Shown in pieces: positions 47,974 to 58,051 of a DNA stretch of 64,000 nt; the stretch's first letter is position 1; the number at the start of each line of letters is the position of its first letter. The position numbers and the translations under genes are program-made. Location of the stretch: NCBI GenBank assembly GCA_903843285.1, contig CAIMPC010000068.1, positions 1,200 to 65,199 of the forward strand, in the 5' to 3' direction. The notes beneath the pieces are model-generated. The model saw only the letters and a list, made by a program, of their open reading frames with translations, had not been told where the DNA came from and made no database searches. Source of the stretch: Candidatus Omnitrophota bacterium. GTDB lineage: Bacteria > Omnitrophota > Gorgyraeia > 2-01-FULL-45-10.

Positions 47974-49517
47974 ATATAAGAGCGTATAAAATTACTATTC
48001 CGGCAGTAATAATTATCGTAGGAATACTCCTGCGGTCATATATAGCCTTCGCCATAAAACCTTTCAGCGGAGACAGCGCTGTCTTTGCGCTCATGGCCAA
48101 ACATATATCGGAATTCAGGGAGTTTTATATTTACATGCCGCTGGCGCATTACGCCGGAGCCATGTCCAGCTATATAGGCGCGGCGTTGTTTACAGCGTTC
48201 GGAGTGTCATATAATAGCTTTATATCAGGCGGGCTGATATTCTCATCAGTTGGGCTTATCGCAGGATGCATATTGAGCCGGAAAATACTGGATGGATTCG
48301 GCGAGTTGATCTCGGATCTGCTTATAGCGATTCCGTCGGTCTTCATAATCAGGTATTCAATATTTGCGGGAGTTTTGGCTGAGAATGCATTATTTATACC
48401 TTTGCTACTTCTTATTGCGGTAAAGATAAATGTAGGAGATAGCAGACGTCCCGGATTGCTGGCAACTATATCAGGAGTCGTATCCGGTATCGCCCTATGG
48501 GCTACGCCGAGCTCCTTTCCTGCCATTCTTACAGTCATAACACTGCTTATGATGACAAGGCATCGGCGTCTTCCGTCCGCGGCGGTAATCCTATTTTTTA
48601 TGGGCTTACTGATCGGATATACGCCGGCTATAATATATAATTTTCAAAACCCGAATGCGACATTATTCAGGATGGCCGGAAGGGTGTTAAGCCTTGATAG
48701 AAGCGCTCTCTCGTGTCCCGACCTGCCGGCGCTTATATTTAGGCAGATATGCTGGAGGCTGTCGACCGTCCCGGATTCTCTGTATCGTATCCCCCGCTTA
48801 ATGGCAGAGCTTATCTCTTTTCCCGGCATGCTGTTATTCTGTATCTCTACGATTATAGTCTTTACCGGCAGATTGAGCAGGTGGTTCGATAATAGGCGGC
48901 TGGATGGGGTGGGGGTCGTGCTTTTGTACACATTATGGAATGTCATATTTTATCCGCTCCTGGTAGGAGAGGCGGCTTCCCGATACATGATGCCGCTTGT
49001 CCTTGCCGGGCCGTTTCTAATAGGAGATGCCTTATCCAGCGTCAGCAAATGGACCGGACGATTTCTTATCATAGCCATAGCGGCAGTATTTCTATATTAT
49101 AATGTCTCGACCGTAAAAGCCTCGGCATCTTTACCCGACTCGGGGCGATACGCGCATCTGGCGGATTGGCTTGTTAAAAATAACGCGCTTTACGGATATT
49201 CGGATTACGATACGGCATATATAACAGATTTTGATACGCTCGAGAAAGCGACGATCTCTCCGACGCTATTTCATCCGACGTTTGCCGATAGATGGCCCGA
49301 TAAGACAAAAGAGGTGAGGAACTCACAGAACGTATGTTATATTATTGACAGAAAACGATACACTGGTTTAATAAAGGCTTTCGAAAATAACTTAGCCGCA
49401 TTAGGCCTGCCGGTTAACGCTCATCAGGTGGATGGCTTTGCGGTCTACCGTGACATACCCGGAAATGTTCGTCCCGGCCAATTGATCCCCATAGGGGATA
49501 AACAGGAAAGACGATGA
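47970..49517 (+). CDS. GT-C-like polytopic membrane protein
   Basis: SGDSAVFALMAKHI loop, many TM helices, SRY, YSDY. Confidence 0.6.
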   Translation: MNIRAYKITIPAVIIIVGILLRSYIAFAIKPFSGDSAVFALMAKHISEFREFYIYMPLAHYAGAMSSYIGAALFTAFGVSYNSFISGGLIFSSVGLIAGCILSRKILDGFGELISDLLIAIPSVFIIRYSIFAGVLAENALFIPLLLLIAVKINVGDSRRPGLLATISGVVSGIALWATPSSFPAILTVITLLMMTRHRRLPSAAVILFFMGLLIGYTPAIIYNFQNPNATLFRMAGRVLSLDRSALSCPDLPALIFRQICWRLSTVPDSLYRIPRLMAELISFPGMLLFCISTIIVFTGRLSRWFDNRRLDGVGVVLLYTLWNVIFYPLLVGEAASRYMMPLVLAGPFLIGDALSSVSKWTGRFLIIAIAAVFLYYNVSTVKASASLPDSGRYAHLADWLVKNNALYGYSDYDTAYITDFDTLEKATISPTLFHPTFADRWPDKTKEVRNSQNVCYIIDRKRYTGLIKAFENNLAALGLPVNAHQVDGFAVYRDIPGNVRPGQLIPIGDKQERR

Positions 49518-50170
49518 TAAGAAGATTGTATTCGTGGTTTTATAAGCTCACCGCAAGAAATGATGAGAAGGGTGAGTATGCCTGCGGCATTATCCAGTGC
49601 ATCATCAGGGATGAGGCGCTAAAATTATGCCGCCTCCAAAGCGGCAAGGCCCTCGAGATCGGAACGGGCGCCGGGCTGTTTTTGGTCAAGTTTGCGAGGC
49701 AGAACCCGCTTCTTAAGATATCGAGCGTAGATATGAATGACGCCTGCCTCGATCGCGCTGCGGGTAAGATCGCAGGATCCGGGATGGAGAATGTCAAATT
49801 ATTGCATCAGGACGCGCAGGCGCTCTCCTTTGATGATAACTATTTCGATCTGGTAATATGCATAAATTTTTTTATCGACGTAGATATAGAATCGATGATC
49901 AGGGTGCTATCGGAGATGCGGCGCGTCTGTAAGCCATCGGGGCGGATAATATTCGAATTCAGGAGTTCCCGAAACGCTTTGTTTAAACTTAAATATAAAT
50001 TGGCCAGATACTACGACCCATCGGCGCCATACCCTCTTTACACTTATGATCCTGACCGGGTCGACGGGATAATGAAGGAAATGAATATGCGCATAGTGGA
50101 AAAGAGATATATAGGCTTCCCTGTAAAATATTATGCGCCGATCATAATGGTGGAGGCGAGTAAAAGTTGA
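49514..50170 (+). CDS. Class I SAM-dependent methyltransferase
   Basis: LEIGTGAG, DAQALSFDDNYFD, RVCKPSG. Confidence 0.88.
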   Translation: MIRRLYSWFYKLTARNDEKGEYACGIIQCIIRDEALKLCRLQSGKALEIGTGAGLFLVKFARQNPLLKISSVDMNDACLDRAAGKIAGSGMENVKLLHQDAQALSFDDNYFDLVICINFFIDVDIESMIRVLSEMRRVCKPSGRIIFEFRSSRNALFKLKYKLARYYDPSAPYPLYTYDPDRVDGIMKEMNMRIVEKRYIGFPVKYYAPIIMVEASKS

Positions 50171-51351
50171 TAAGACGCCTGCCGATAATAAGCTCATCAG
50201 CGAATATCCGGGACGCTATCTTTGCCGTGAATTCGATGCGTTCATCGGAAGAAGCTTCAAAATTCATCGAAATGCTATCTGCGGCTATTGGCGCCGGAAA
50301 TATATACCTGACGAGTTCAGGAGTATCGGCATGTTATCTTATATTGACGGCGCTGTCGAAAATCTCGCCTAAAAAAGAGGTAGTACTGAGCGCGTATACA
50401 GCAGGCAGTCTCGTCGTGGCCATAAGGAAGGCAGGGCTTAAGCCGGTGCTGGCCGATATCTCGCTCGACGATTTTAATGCCGATACCGATAAGCTATCGG
50501 GAGCAGTGAATGACGACACTCTCGCAGTGCTTGCAATACATATGTTCGGCATTACATCCGGCGGCCTTGGCGGCCTGCGAAATAATCTTCCCGAAGGGAC
50601 ATTCCTGGTCGAGGACTGCTGTCAGGCGATGGGGTCCGTCACGCTCGGGCGTACCGTAGGCTCGTTGGGTGACGTGAGCTTCTTCAGCTTTAATCGCGGG
50701 AAGAACCTGCCGCTTTGCGGCGGCGGATGCATAGCTACAGATGATTTATTTATAACTAAGGCCATCGAGCCCCGGATCCACGAATTAGCGCCGGTTTCCG
50801 CTCTCGGAGAATTCAGCGCATTTGTAAAAACGTTGGCATTCTCTGCCTCGACAAACCCATATGTGTACGGCCCGGCTTACGCGGTTGTCTCGAGATTTAA
50901 GGAGTCATTTCCACCGGACGATATCGCTCCGGAGCGTATGAGCAATTTTCAGATTGCCCTCGGGGGGCGTTTAATGTGGAGACTCGGACGGCTGACGGAT
51001 AAGAGATATGAGAATGGGATGTATCTGCTAAAGGGGCTTGCGGGATTAAGCGGTGTTATCATTCCGAAGATCCATGATCGTGATCGTCCGGCCTTTGGCC
51101 GGTTGCCGATAATATTTAAGAATACAGATAAGCGCGCCCTGGCGGAGGAGATGCTTAGCAGGTCGGGGATAGAGTCATCGAGGATGTATCTAAGGCCTCT
51201 GCATCATATGTTTGATCTCGGATACAATGCATCAGATTTTCCCAACGCGATTTATCTTGCCGAGCGGTTATTGACCATACCTGTCTATTCCAAGCTTAAA
51301 AAACGGGATCTGGACCTGATGATAAAGATAATTGATGAGGCGGCACGATAA
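50167..51351 (+). CDS. DegT/DnrJ/EryC1/StrS sugar aminotransferase
   Basis: HMFG, EDCCQAMG, FSFNRGK (PLP lysine), FPNA...LLTIP. Confidence 0.88.
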   Translation: MIRRLPIISSSANIRDAIFAVNSMRSSEEASKFIEMLSAAIGAGNIYLTSSGVSACYLILTALSKISPKKEVVLSAYTAGSLVVAIRKAGLKPVLADISLDDFNADTDKLSGAVNDDTLAVLAIHMFGITSGGLGGLRNNLPEGTFLVEDCCQAMGSVTLGRTVGSLGDVSFFSFNRGKNLPLCGGGCIATDDLFITKAIEPRIHELAPVSALGEFSAFVKTLAFSASTNPYVYGPAYAVVSRFKESFPPDDIAPERMSNFQIALGGRLMWRLGRLTDKRYENGMYLLKGLAGLSGVIIPKIHDRDRPAFGRLPIIFKNTDKRALAEEMLSRSGIESSRMYLRPLHHMFDLGYNASDFPNAIYLAERLLTIPVYSKLKKRDLDLMIKIIDEAAR

Positions 51352-52502
51352 TGGCGCACCCTAATATAAAGAGGATATTGAATAAGACGTTGAGACAGCC
51401 GGCATATGCGCTGAGGACCGGTATTAAAAGATTAGGCGCATACGCGGCCTATCGGTTCGGTAACGGCAGGTCTGAACCGCCGGAGGCGGTGACCATATTT
51501 TTAACGCGCAAGTGTAACCTTCACTGTAAGATGTGCGGCCAATGGGGAGAGGGAGGGGTTACCGGACGGCGCTCCGAGGAAATAATTCAGGAAGAGCTTC
51601 CGCTCGATATATTAAAGAAGAGGCTGGATGAGATGGCATCGTTCTCACCCGGGGTAACGCTGTTCGGGGGAGAACCGCTTCTTTATAAAGGCTGTTTGGA
51701 ACTGATCAGGCACATTAAGGCTAATCGAATGCACTGCCTTATCATTACGAACGGATTTCTGGTGCATGATCTTGCGCGCGAGCTCGTTGATTCCGGGCTG
51801 GACGAGCTTAATGTGTCGCTCGATGGCCGTCGGGAAGTGCACGACCGCATAAGGGGGATGAACGGCCTATTTGATAAGATAATGTCGGGGCTGGAAGCCG
51901 TGAGAGATATTAAGATATCTTCCGGCGGTAAAAGGCCGCTGGTCAATATCCAGTGCACTATATCTAAGTATAACTATCGCGATCTGGAGGACATGATAGA
52001 GATCGCTCGGGGCCTCCGCGCAGATTCACTGACATTTCATAATCTCATATTTACGAATAAGGAGATCCTGGAAAAGCAGAAGAGGTTCGATGATATTCTG
52101 GGGTCTTCCTCCGAAGACTGGCGCGGGTTCGATTTTGATCCGGGCGTGGATCCCGACGTCGTTCGCGACGAGATGGATCGGATGCTTGGCGGAAGATACC
52201 CATTCGGGGTGGACTTCTATCCGAACCTGTCACGCTCGGCGCTTAGGAGCTACTACAGGGATCCGGCCTTTGTGCCGCGTGAGTATAGGGCCAGATGCCT
52301 GAGCCCGTGGATCGCCGCGTATATATTTCCCGATGGAGAGGTGCGGCCATGCCTTAACAGCACATTTTCATACGGTAACATAAAGAGTTCAAGATTTGAG
52401 GATATATGGAACAGCGATGACGCGGTAAAGTATCGGCGCATTCTTAAGGAGAATAAGATATTCCCTGCCTGCGCCAGATGCACGGAGCTTTACAGATATT
52501 GA
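51351..52502 (+). CDS. Radical SAM protein with a SPASM/twitch domain in the glycan locus
   Basis: CNLHCKMC, GGEPLL, CLSPW...PC...GNI...IWN...CARC. Confidence 0.88.
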   Translation: MAHPNIKRILNKTLRQPAYALRTGIKRLGAYAAYRFGNGRSEPPEAVTIFLTRKCNLHCKMCGQWGEGGVTGRRSEEIIQEELPLDILKKRLDEMASFSPGVTLFGGEPLLYKGCLELIRHIKANRMHCLIITNGFLVHDLARELVDSGLDELNVSLDGRREVHDRIRGMNGLFDKIMSGLEAVRDIKISSGGKRPLVNIQCTISKYNYRDLEDMIEIARGLRADSLTFHNLIFTNKEILEKQKRFDDILGSSSEDWRGFDFDPGVDPDVVRDEMDRMLGGRYPFGVDFYPNLSRSALRSYYRDPAFVPREYRARCLSPWIAAYIFPDGEVRPCLNSTFSYGNIKSSRFEDIWNSDDAVKYRRILKENKIFPACARCTELYRY

Positions 52503-52513
52503 TGAGGGGAGTA

Positions 52514-52546
52514 CATATCTAACCTGGTTAGATATGCCAGGTTAGA
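52514..52546. repeat. Perfect 23-bp palindrome plus a partial second copy
   Basis: catatctaacc-t-ggttagatatg followed by ccaggttaga; core CTAACCTGGTTAGA also occurs at 19901-19914. Confidence 0.7.
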
Positions 52547-52564
52547 GGCATAGGAGCGAGAGAT

Positions 52565-53740
52565 ATGGAAAAGATTAGGGTGGCGGAGGTGATAACGAGG
52601 CTCGATCGGGGCGGGGCGCCTGATATATTCAGGACCCTCTCATCGAACCTCGACCCGGCCGCATTTGACGTGACGTTGATAACGGGTCCATCCGAGCACC
52701 TGACAAAAAAGACGAAGGACTTTGTGCGGAGGTTCGGCGGTAGGCTGATAAAAGTGCCGTCTCTCGTAAGAGATATAGATCCACTGCGCGACGCGAAGGC
52801 GCTATTCAGCCTGTGGCATATATTTCGCGAGCAGAAATTCGATATAGTCCACACTCACACTGCTAAGGCCGGCGCGCTCGGCCGCTTAGCGGCCCGGCTA
52901 GCAGGAATAAGCTCGATCGTCCATACGCCCCACGGACATAATCTTTACGGATACTTCGATGAAAGGGCTACGGAAAATCTTATAAGGATAGAACGATATC
53001 TGTCGAAGCGGACCGATAAAATAATCGCGCTTACCGAACTCGAAAAGAGCGATTACATTAAACATGATATCGCGCCCGCGGAAAAGATAGAGGTCATTTA
53101 TCAGGGGCTCGAGCTCGATCGTTATATGTGTGACTGGAAAGAATCCGCGGAGCTAAAGAGAGGCCTTAATATATTGCCGGGTGAGAATGTCGTCGGGATG
53201 ATAGGACGCCTCGAAACCGTCAAAGGGCCCGAATATTTTATAGATATGGCGGCGGAGATCACGAAGACCTTTCCGAATACAAAGTTTATCATTGCCGGCG
53301 ATGGAAGCCTGCGCCAGGAGCTCGAGGCGAAAGCCGGGAAGCTCGGGATAAAGTCCAAGGTCATATTTGCCGGATGGCGCGATGATGTGCCGGAGGTGCT
53401 CTCAATACTGGATATCCTCGTCATGCCATCGCTTAATGAGGCTGTAGGCATCGCCGCGATAGAGGCCTCTGCCGAAGGAGTGAGTGTGGTGGCGACGCGT
53501 GTGGGCGGGATACCGGAAGTCGTTAAAGATAATGTGACCGGATTATTGGTGGCGCCTGCCGATGGACGGGCGCTGGCTGAAGCGGTATCTACTTTGATAC
53601 AGGATAAAGCTATGAGAGATCGTATGGGCAGCCAGGGCAGGAGCTGGATCAGAGGCAGATTCGATGCATGGGAGATGGTAAACAGGACCTCGACCTTATA
53701 TGGGGAACTATTTAACAGAAAGAAGTACGGAATAGTGTAG
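52565..53740 (+). CDS. GT4 glycosyltransferase
   Basis: ITRLDRGGA, HTHTAKAG, HTPHG, EAVGIAAIEA. Confidence 0.92.
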   Translation: MEKIRVAEVITRLDRGGAPDIFRTLSSNLDPAAFDVTLITGPSEHLTKKTKDFVRRFGGRLIKVPSLVRDIDPLRDAKALFSLWHIFREQKFDIVHTHTAKAGALGRLAARLAGISSIVHTPHGHNLYGYFDERATENLIRIERYLSKRTDKIIALTELEKSDYIKHDIAPAEKIEVIYQGLELDRYMCDWKESAELKRGLNILPGENVVGMIGRLETVKGPEYFIDMAAEITKTFPNTKFIIAGDGSLRQELEAKAGKLGIKSKVIFAGWRDDVPEVLSILDILVMPSLNEAVGIAAIEASAEGVSVVATRVGGIPEVVKDNVTGLLVAPADGRALAEAVSTLIQDKAMRDRMGSQGRSWIRGRFDAWEMVNRTSTLYGELFNRKKYGIV

Positions 53741-53751
53741 AGGAGTTATAT

Positions 53752-55242
53752 ATGGTCTTTAGATCTAAAATCATAATTGGTGCGATCCTGTTCATATCTA
53801 TAATTTCGGTGAAAACGGCATTCTGTGAAGATTATATGCAGGTCCAGGCGGCCATAGATGTAACTACCGTGGCCAGCGATGGCAAATTTATACTCTCGCA
53901 GATAGCCGATACGGCCCGGAAGAATAATATCAGCATCGTAATACCTACGGACGGCTTCCTCAATAAGTGGGAGTACGGCCTCTGGCCGTTCCGCAATATT
54001 ATAAAAAGGACTATGGAAATAAGATCAGTTTCGAAGTTCGGTATAAGGCGCTACCTGGACGAGATAAAGACTGTCGGAAGGCAGAATCCGGATATGATCT
54101 TTATCCCCGGCTTGGAGACAGGGCCTTTTTACTATTGGCAGGGGGGACCGTTCGGGAAAAATTTTTCTATCAGGGACTGGCATAAACACCTACTGGTGAT
54201 AGGTCTGGAGAACGAAAAGGATTACAAGAGTCTTCCGGTTATCGGTAACGGTCTTGCGCTAAATAACCCATTCGGCATAAAGGGAATATTGCTCATATCC
54301 GTTTTAATCTCTTTTCTGGCCGCAGGCTTACTGCTTATAAGAGAAGGATCGAAGTCACAGCGGGGTATTTATGCCAGGTGGCATGGATTGACCTTACGTC
54401 AATGTAAACGTGCCGGCATACTTCTTGTGGTGATCTCTGCCGGATTTTTAATTAACAGCTTCCCGTATAGCGGTGTGAAGTATGATCAATATCATGGTGA
54501 TGCAGGTGTAGTGCCGTATCAGAATATGATTAACTATGTAAAAGCGAGAGGTGGAGTTACCTTCTGGGAGCATCCTGAGGCCAAGAATATAGATAAGCTC
54601 GGAAATATAAGCATCGAGACATACGAGCACACCGATCTTCTATTGGCCTCTCGCCGGTATACAGGTTTCGCAATATTCTACGAAGGATACGATCGAGTCG
54701 GCGCCCCCGGATGCATATGGGACGAAGCATTGAAGGATTATTGCAATGGAATAAGGCCGTCGCCGATATGGGCTATAGGAGCGCTCGATTTCGAAAAGGC
54801 GGACGATCTCGATAGGTGCATGAAGAACCTCCGGACGGTATTTCTACTGTCTCATTTCAGTAAGGCCGATGCGCTAAATGCCATGAAAGAAGGACGCATG
54901 TATGTCTCAAAGGAGAAGGATGCCGGGAACTTCATCCTCGATAATTTCACTGTAAAGGATTCTGTAAAGGCCGATGTAAAGATTATGGGCCAGGAGCTTG
55001 TAACCTCAGATGCTCCATGCCTTACGATAGCCGGCCATTTCATCGATAACGCGGCAAAGAGCCTTAAGATAACGATAATAAGGAGCGGCGAGATAATAAA
55101 GATCATGAGCCTTGGCTCTCCGTTTAAGATAGATTATAAGGACGATGGCGACATCGGAGATAGAAAATTCTACTACAGGCTCGAGATATCGTCGGAAGGG
55201 TTATTCCTGGTGACTAATCCTATATTCGTCAGCAGGAAATAA
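53752..55242 (+). CDS. PHP-fold-like membrane protein with degenerate metal ligands
   Basis: Signal/anchor; DVTTVASDG, PTD, PGLE, EHP, GALDF, TNPI match the PHP layout; two internal TM helices. Confidence 0.55.
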   Translation: MVFRSKIIIGAILFISIISVKTAFCEDYMQVQAAIDVTTVASDGKFILSQIADTARKNNISIVIPTDGFLNKWEYGLWPFRNIIKRTMEIRSVSKFGIRRYLDEIKTVGRQNPDMIFIPGLETGPFYYWQGGPFGKNFSIRDWHKHLLVIGLENEKDYKSLPVIGNGLALNNPFGIKGILLISVLISFLAAGLLLIREGSKSQRGIYARWHGLTLRQCKRAGILLVVISAGFLINSFPYSGVKYDQYHGDAGVVPYQNMINYVKARGGVTFWEHPEAKNIDKLGNISIETYEHTDLLLASRRYTGFAIFYEGYDRVGAPGCIWDEALKDYCNGIRPSPIWAIGALDFEKADDLDRCMKNLRTVFLLSHFSKADALNAMKEGRMYVSKEKDAGNFILDNFTVKDSVKADVKIMGQELVTSDAPCLTIAGHFIDNAAKSLKITIIRSGEIIKIMSLGSPFKIDYKDDGDIGDRKFYYRLEISSEGLFLVTNPIFVSRK

Positions 55243-55271
55243 TTGGCTACATTGAAGTCATATTGTATAAT
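55243..55271 (+). promoter_or_regulatory. Internal sigma70 promoter for the wbqC-pigL-wecA-like genes
   Basis: TTGGCT-17bp-TATAAT, ending 8 nt before the ATG at 55280. Confidence 0.5.
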
Positions 55272-55279
55272 GAGGTAAG

Positions 55280-55972
55280 ATGATAATATCGGTGCACCAG
55301 CCGCAATATATACCATGGCTCGGTTTTTTTGATAAGATTGCTCATAGCGATGCTTTCGTATTTCTGGATAACGTGCAGTATAAGCCGAGGGAGTTTCAGA
55401 ACCGTAATAAGATCAGGACGAAGGATGGATGGATGTGGCTCAGCGTCCCGGTCATGTCGAAGGCAAGAGGCCGGCAGATAATATCGAATGTTATTATAGA
55501 TAACGAGCTCGACTGGCGAAAAGAGCACCTTATGAGCCTGAGGACATCTTACGGCCGTGCCAGATATTTTGACAGATATTTCCCATTCCTTGAAGGCCTT
55601 TACAGCAAGAGATGGGAAAAGCTCGCAGAGCTCAACGTCGAGATAATAAGATATGTATTGAAAGATCTCTCTGTCGATACGCCTCTATATTTCGAATCAG
55701 GACTCGGGATAATTACCGCAAAGACGTCCCGCATAATAGATATATGTAAGGCCCTTAAGGCAGACCGGTATCTCTCGGGATCCGGTGGGAGGGATTATCT
55801 GGATGTGGAAAAATTCAAGTCCTCCGATATAAAACTCATATATCAGGATTTCAGGCATCCTGTATATGCACAGCAATTCATGAAGACGGAGGAGAACTTT
55901 ATACCTTATATGTCTATACTGGACCTACTGTTTAATGAAGGGCCAAATGCCAGGGAGGTACTAAAGATATGA
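55280..55972 (+). CDS. WbqC family protein
   Basis: HQPQYIPWLGFFDKI, QNRNKI, YLSGSGG, SILDLLFN. Confidence 0.92.
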   Translation: MIISVHQPQYIPWLGFFDKIAHSDAFVFLDNVQYKPREFQNRNKIRTKDGWMWLSVPVMSKARGRQIISNVIIDNELDWRKEHLMSLRTSYGRARYFDRYFPFLEGLYSKRWEKLAELNVEIIRYVLKDLSVDTPLYFESGLGIITAKTSRIIDICKALKADRYLSGSGGRDYLDVEKFKSSDIKLIYQDFRHPVYAQQFMKTEENFIPYMSILDLLFNEGPNAREVLKI

Positions 55973-56586
55973 ATATACTCGCTATAGGTGCGCATCCCGA
56001 TGATATCGAAATAGGTTGCGGCGGAACTCTTTTAAAATATGCCAGGGCCGGCCATAAGGTGCACCTTCTCGTATTGAGCTATGGGAGTTTTGGCGGAGAT
56101 CCGAACGTAAGACGAGTCGAACAGCTTCGCGCGGTGAAGGCGATGGGCGCTAAGAGCATATCGTGGGGTAACCTTATAGATACGGAGATAGTCAATAATA
56201 GGGAACTTATAATAAAGATGGATGAGATGATCGGTAAGGTCAGGCCCGACGTGGTATTTCTTAATCATGTTAAGGACGTCCATCAGGATCATAGGGCTGC
56301 GGCATTGGCCGGTATATCTGCCACCAGATATATTAAAGAGGTTTTATTTTATGAAGTCCCGACGACATATAACTTTGAGCCGAATGTATTTGTAGATATT
56401 CAGGATGTGCTGGAGAAGAAACTGCACTTACTTAAAGCCCATGCCTCCCAGGTGGGGAAGACACGCGTAAAGAACCAGACGATTTTGGAGAGCGCGAAGT
56501 CGTGCGCGAACTTTCGCGGGTTCCAGGGCAGGGTGAAGTATGCGGAAGGATTCATGGCACTTAGAATATTCAGGAAAATAAAGTAG
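55969..56586 (+). CDS. PIG-L family deacetylase
   Basis: AHPDDIE, HQDH, HASQ, AEGF. Confidence 0.92.
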   Translation: MNILAIGAHPDDIEIGCGGTLLKYARAGHKVHLLVLSYGSFGGDPNVRRVEQLRAVKAMGAKSISWGNLIDTEIVNNRELIIKMDEMIGKVRPDVVFLNHVKDVHQDHRAAALAGISATRYIKEVLFYEVPTTYNFEPNVFVDIQDVLEKKLHLLKAHASQVGKTRVKNQTILESAKSCANFRGFQGRVKYAEGFMALRIFRKIK

Positions 56587-56589
56587 CCA

Positions 56590-57630
56590 GTGAAACTATA
56601 CATAGCGGTGCTGATATCGTTTCTTTTTGTGCTTTTATCTATGCCGATATTTCGCTTCCTGGCGTTTAAATTTCGCATAGTCGATTTTCCCGGCAAGAGG
56701 AAGATGCACAGGACTATGACCCCGCTTCTGGGCGGCCTGGCGATTTATACGGGTTTCATTGTGGGCATGGCGATAAGTCCCGGCGTTATCATTAAGACCC
56801 TGCCCATACTGATCGGGTCCGGCCTGATACTGATACTCGGTCTCGTAGATGATATGCGGGGATTAAGCGCTAAAGTACGCATCTTCGTACAGCTTATCGC
56901 GGCGCTGATAGTAGTCTTATTCGGTGATAAAATCAGTCTTCTGCCGAGGTCCTGGTGGGGCGACACCATAGAGGTCATAGTATCGCTCGTGTGGATACTG
57001 GGCATAACGAACGGCTATAACTATCTGGACGGCCTCGACGGCCTTGCTGCAGGCTCTGCCGTTATAAACCTCTCGTGTTTTGCGATCATACTATTTATTA
57101 CCGGGCAATCTGCCTTATTTATTATGACATCGCTATTGGCAGGCGCATGCCTGGGGTTCCTACCGTATAATTTTATGAAGGGCAGGAGTAAAGTATTTCT
57201 GGGGGATGCGGGTAGCACGGTGATCGGATTTATTCTGGCCAGTATAGCGCTCGTCGGGTACTGGGCCGAAGGCGATATGGTCAAAATATTGATACCTGTG
57301 CTCATACTGGGAGTTCCGATATTCGATATGGTGTTCACGACGATCATGAGGATCGCGGAGAAGAAGATCAGAACCATTAATGAATGGCTTAAATACGCCG
57401 GTAAAGACCATTTCCATCATTATCTATTTGATATCGGCCTGGCCTCACCCGGGGCTGTAATATTCATATATTTCACTTCGATATCATTGGGACTCAGCGC
57501 TATAATAATCAGTCATGCGCATCCATTGATGGCGTTTTTAGCGGTGATGCAGGGTTTTATAATATTCGCCATGATAGGAGTGCTGATAGTATTAGGTAAC
57601 AGAAATCGTCGCCCGAACGGGGAAAATTAA
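56590..57630 (+). CDS. wecA: Undecaprenyl-phosphate GlcNAc-1-P transferase (WecA/MraY family)
   Basis: RKMH..TPLLGG, GLVDD, NYLDGLDGL, FLGDAGS, DHFHH. Confidence 0.88.
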   Translation: MKLYIAVLISFLFVLLSMPIFRFLAFKFRIVDFPGKRKMHRTMTPLLGGLAIYTGFIVGMAISPGVIIKTLPILIGSGLILILGLVDDMRGLSAKVRIFVQLIAALIVVLFGDKISLLPRSWWGDTIEVIVSLVWILGITNGYNYLDGLDGLAAGSAVINLSCFAIILFITGQSALFIMTSLLAGACLGFLPYNFMKGRSKVFLGDAGSTVIGFILASIALVGYWAEGDMVKILIPVLILGVPIFDMVFTTIMRIAEKKIRTINEWLKYAGKDHFHHYLFDIGLASPGAVIFIYFTSISLGLSAIIISHAHPLMAFLAVMQGFIIFAMIGVLIVLGNRNRRPNGEN

Positions 57631-57672
57631 TATTACCGGAAGCGCTACTTTTAAAGAAAGGGGTTTGGCACA

Positions 57673-58047
57673 ATGAAAAAGATACTGCTTATCGATGATG
57701 AGAAAGATTTTCTATATTTTATTAAAAAGGATTTCGAGCAGGGCGGCGCTTTTAAAGTGCTGACTGCCTCGAATGGCAGGGAAGGCATCGAGCTGGCTAT
57801 CCACCAAAGGCCAGATATCATAATACTGGATATCCTGATGCCCATAATGGGCGGGTTTGAAGTATTAAAACTGCTTAAGGGTAACAAGGATACAACCACG
57901 ATACCCGTCATTATGATGACGGCGATAGATAATAATGAGGCCAAGGATAAGGCGGCCGGCCTCTATGTGGAGGACTATATAGTTAAGCCTGTGTCGCTGT
58001 CAGAACTGAGGACGAAGATCGAAAGCGTATTGGCAAGGAAGATATGA
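57673..58047 (+). CDS. Single-domain response regulator
   Basis: LIDDE, LDILMP, MTA, KP. Confidence 0.92.
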   Translation: MKKILLIDDEKDFLYFIKKDFEQGGAFKVLTASNGREGIELAIHQRPDIIILDILMPIMGGFEVLKLLKGNKDTTTIPVIMMTAIDNNEAKDKAAGLYVEDYIVKPVSLSELRTKIESVLARKI

Positions 58048-58051
58048 ACGC

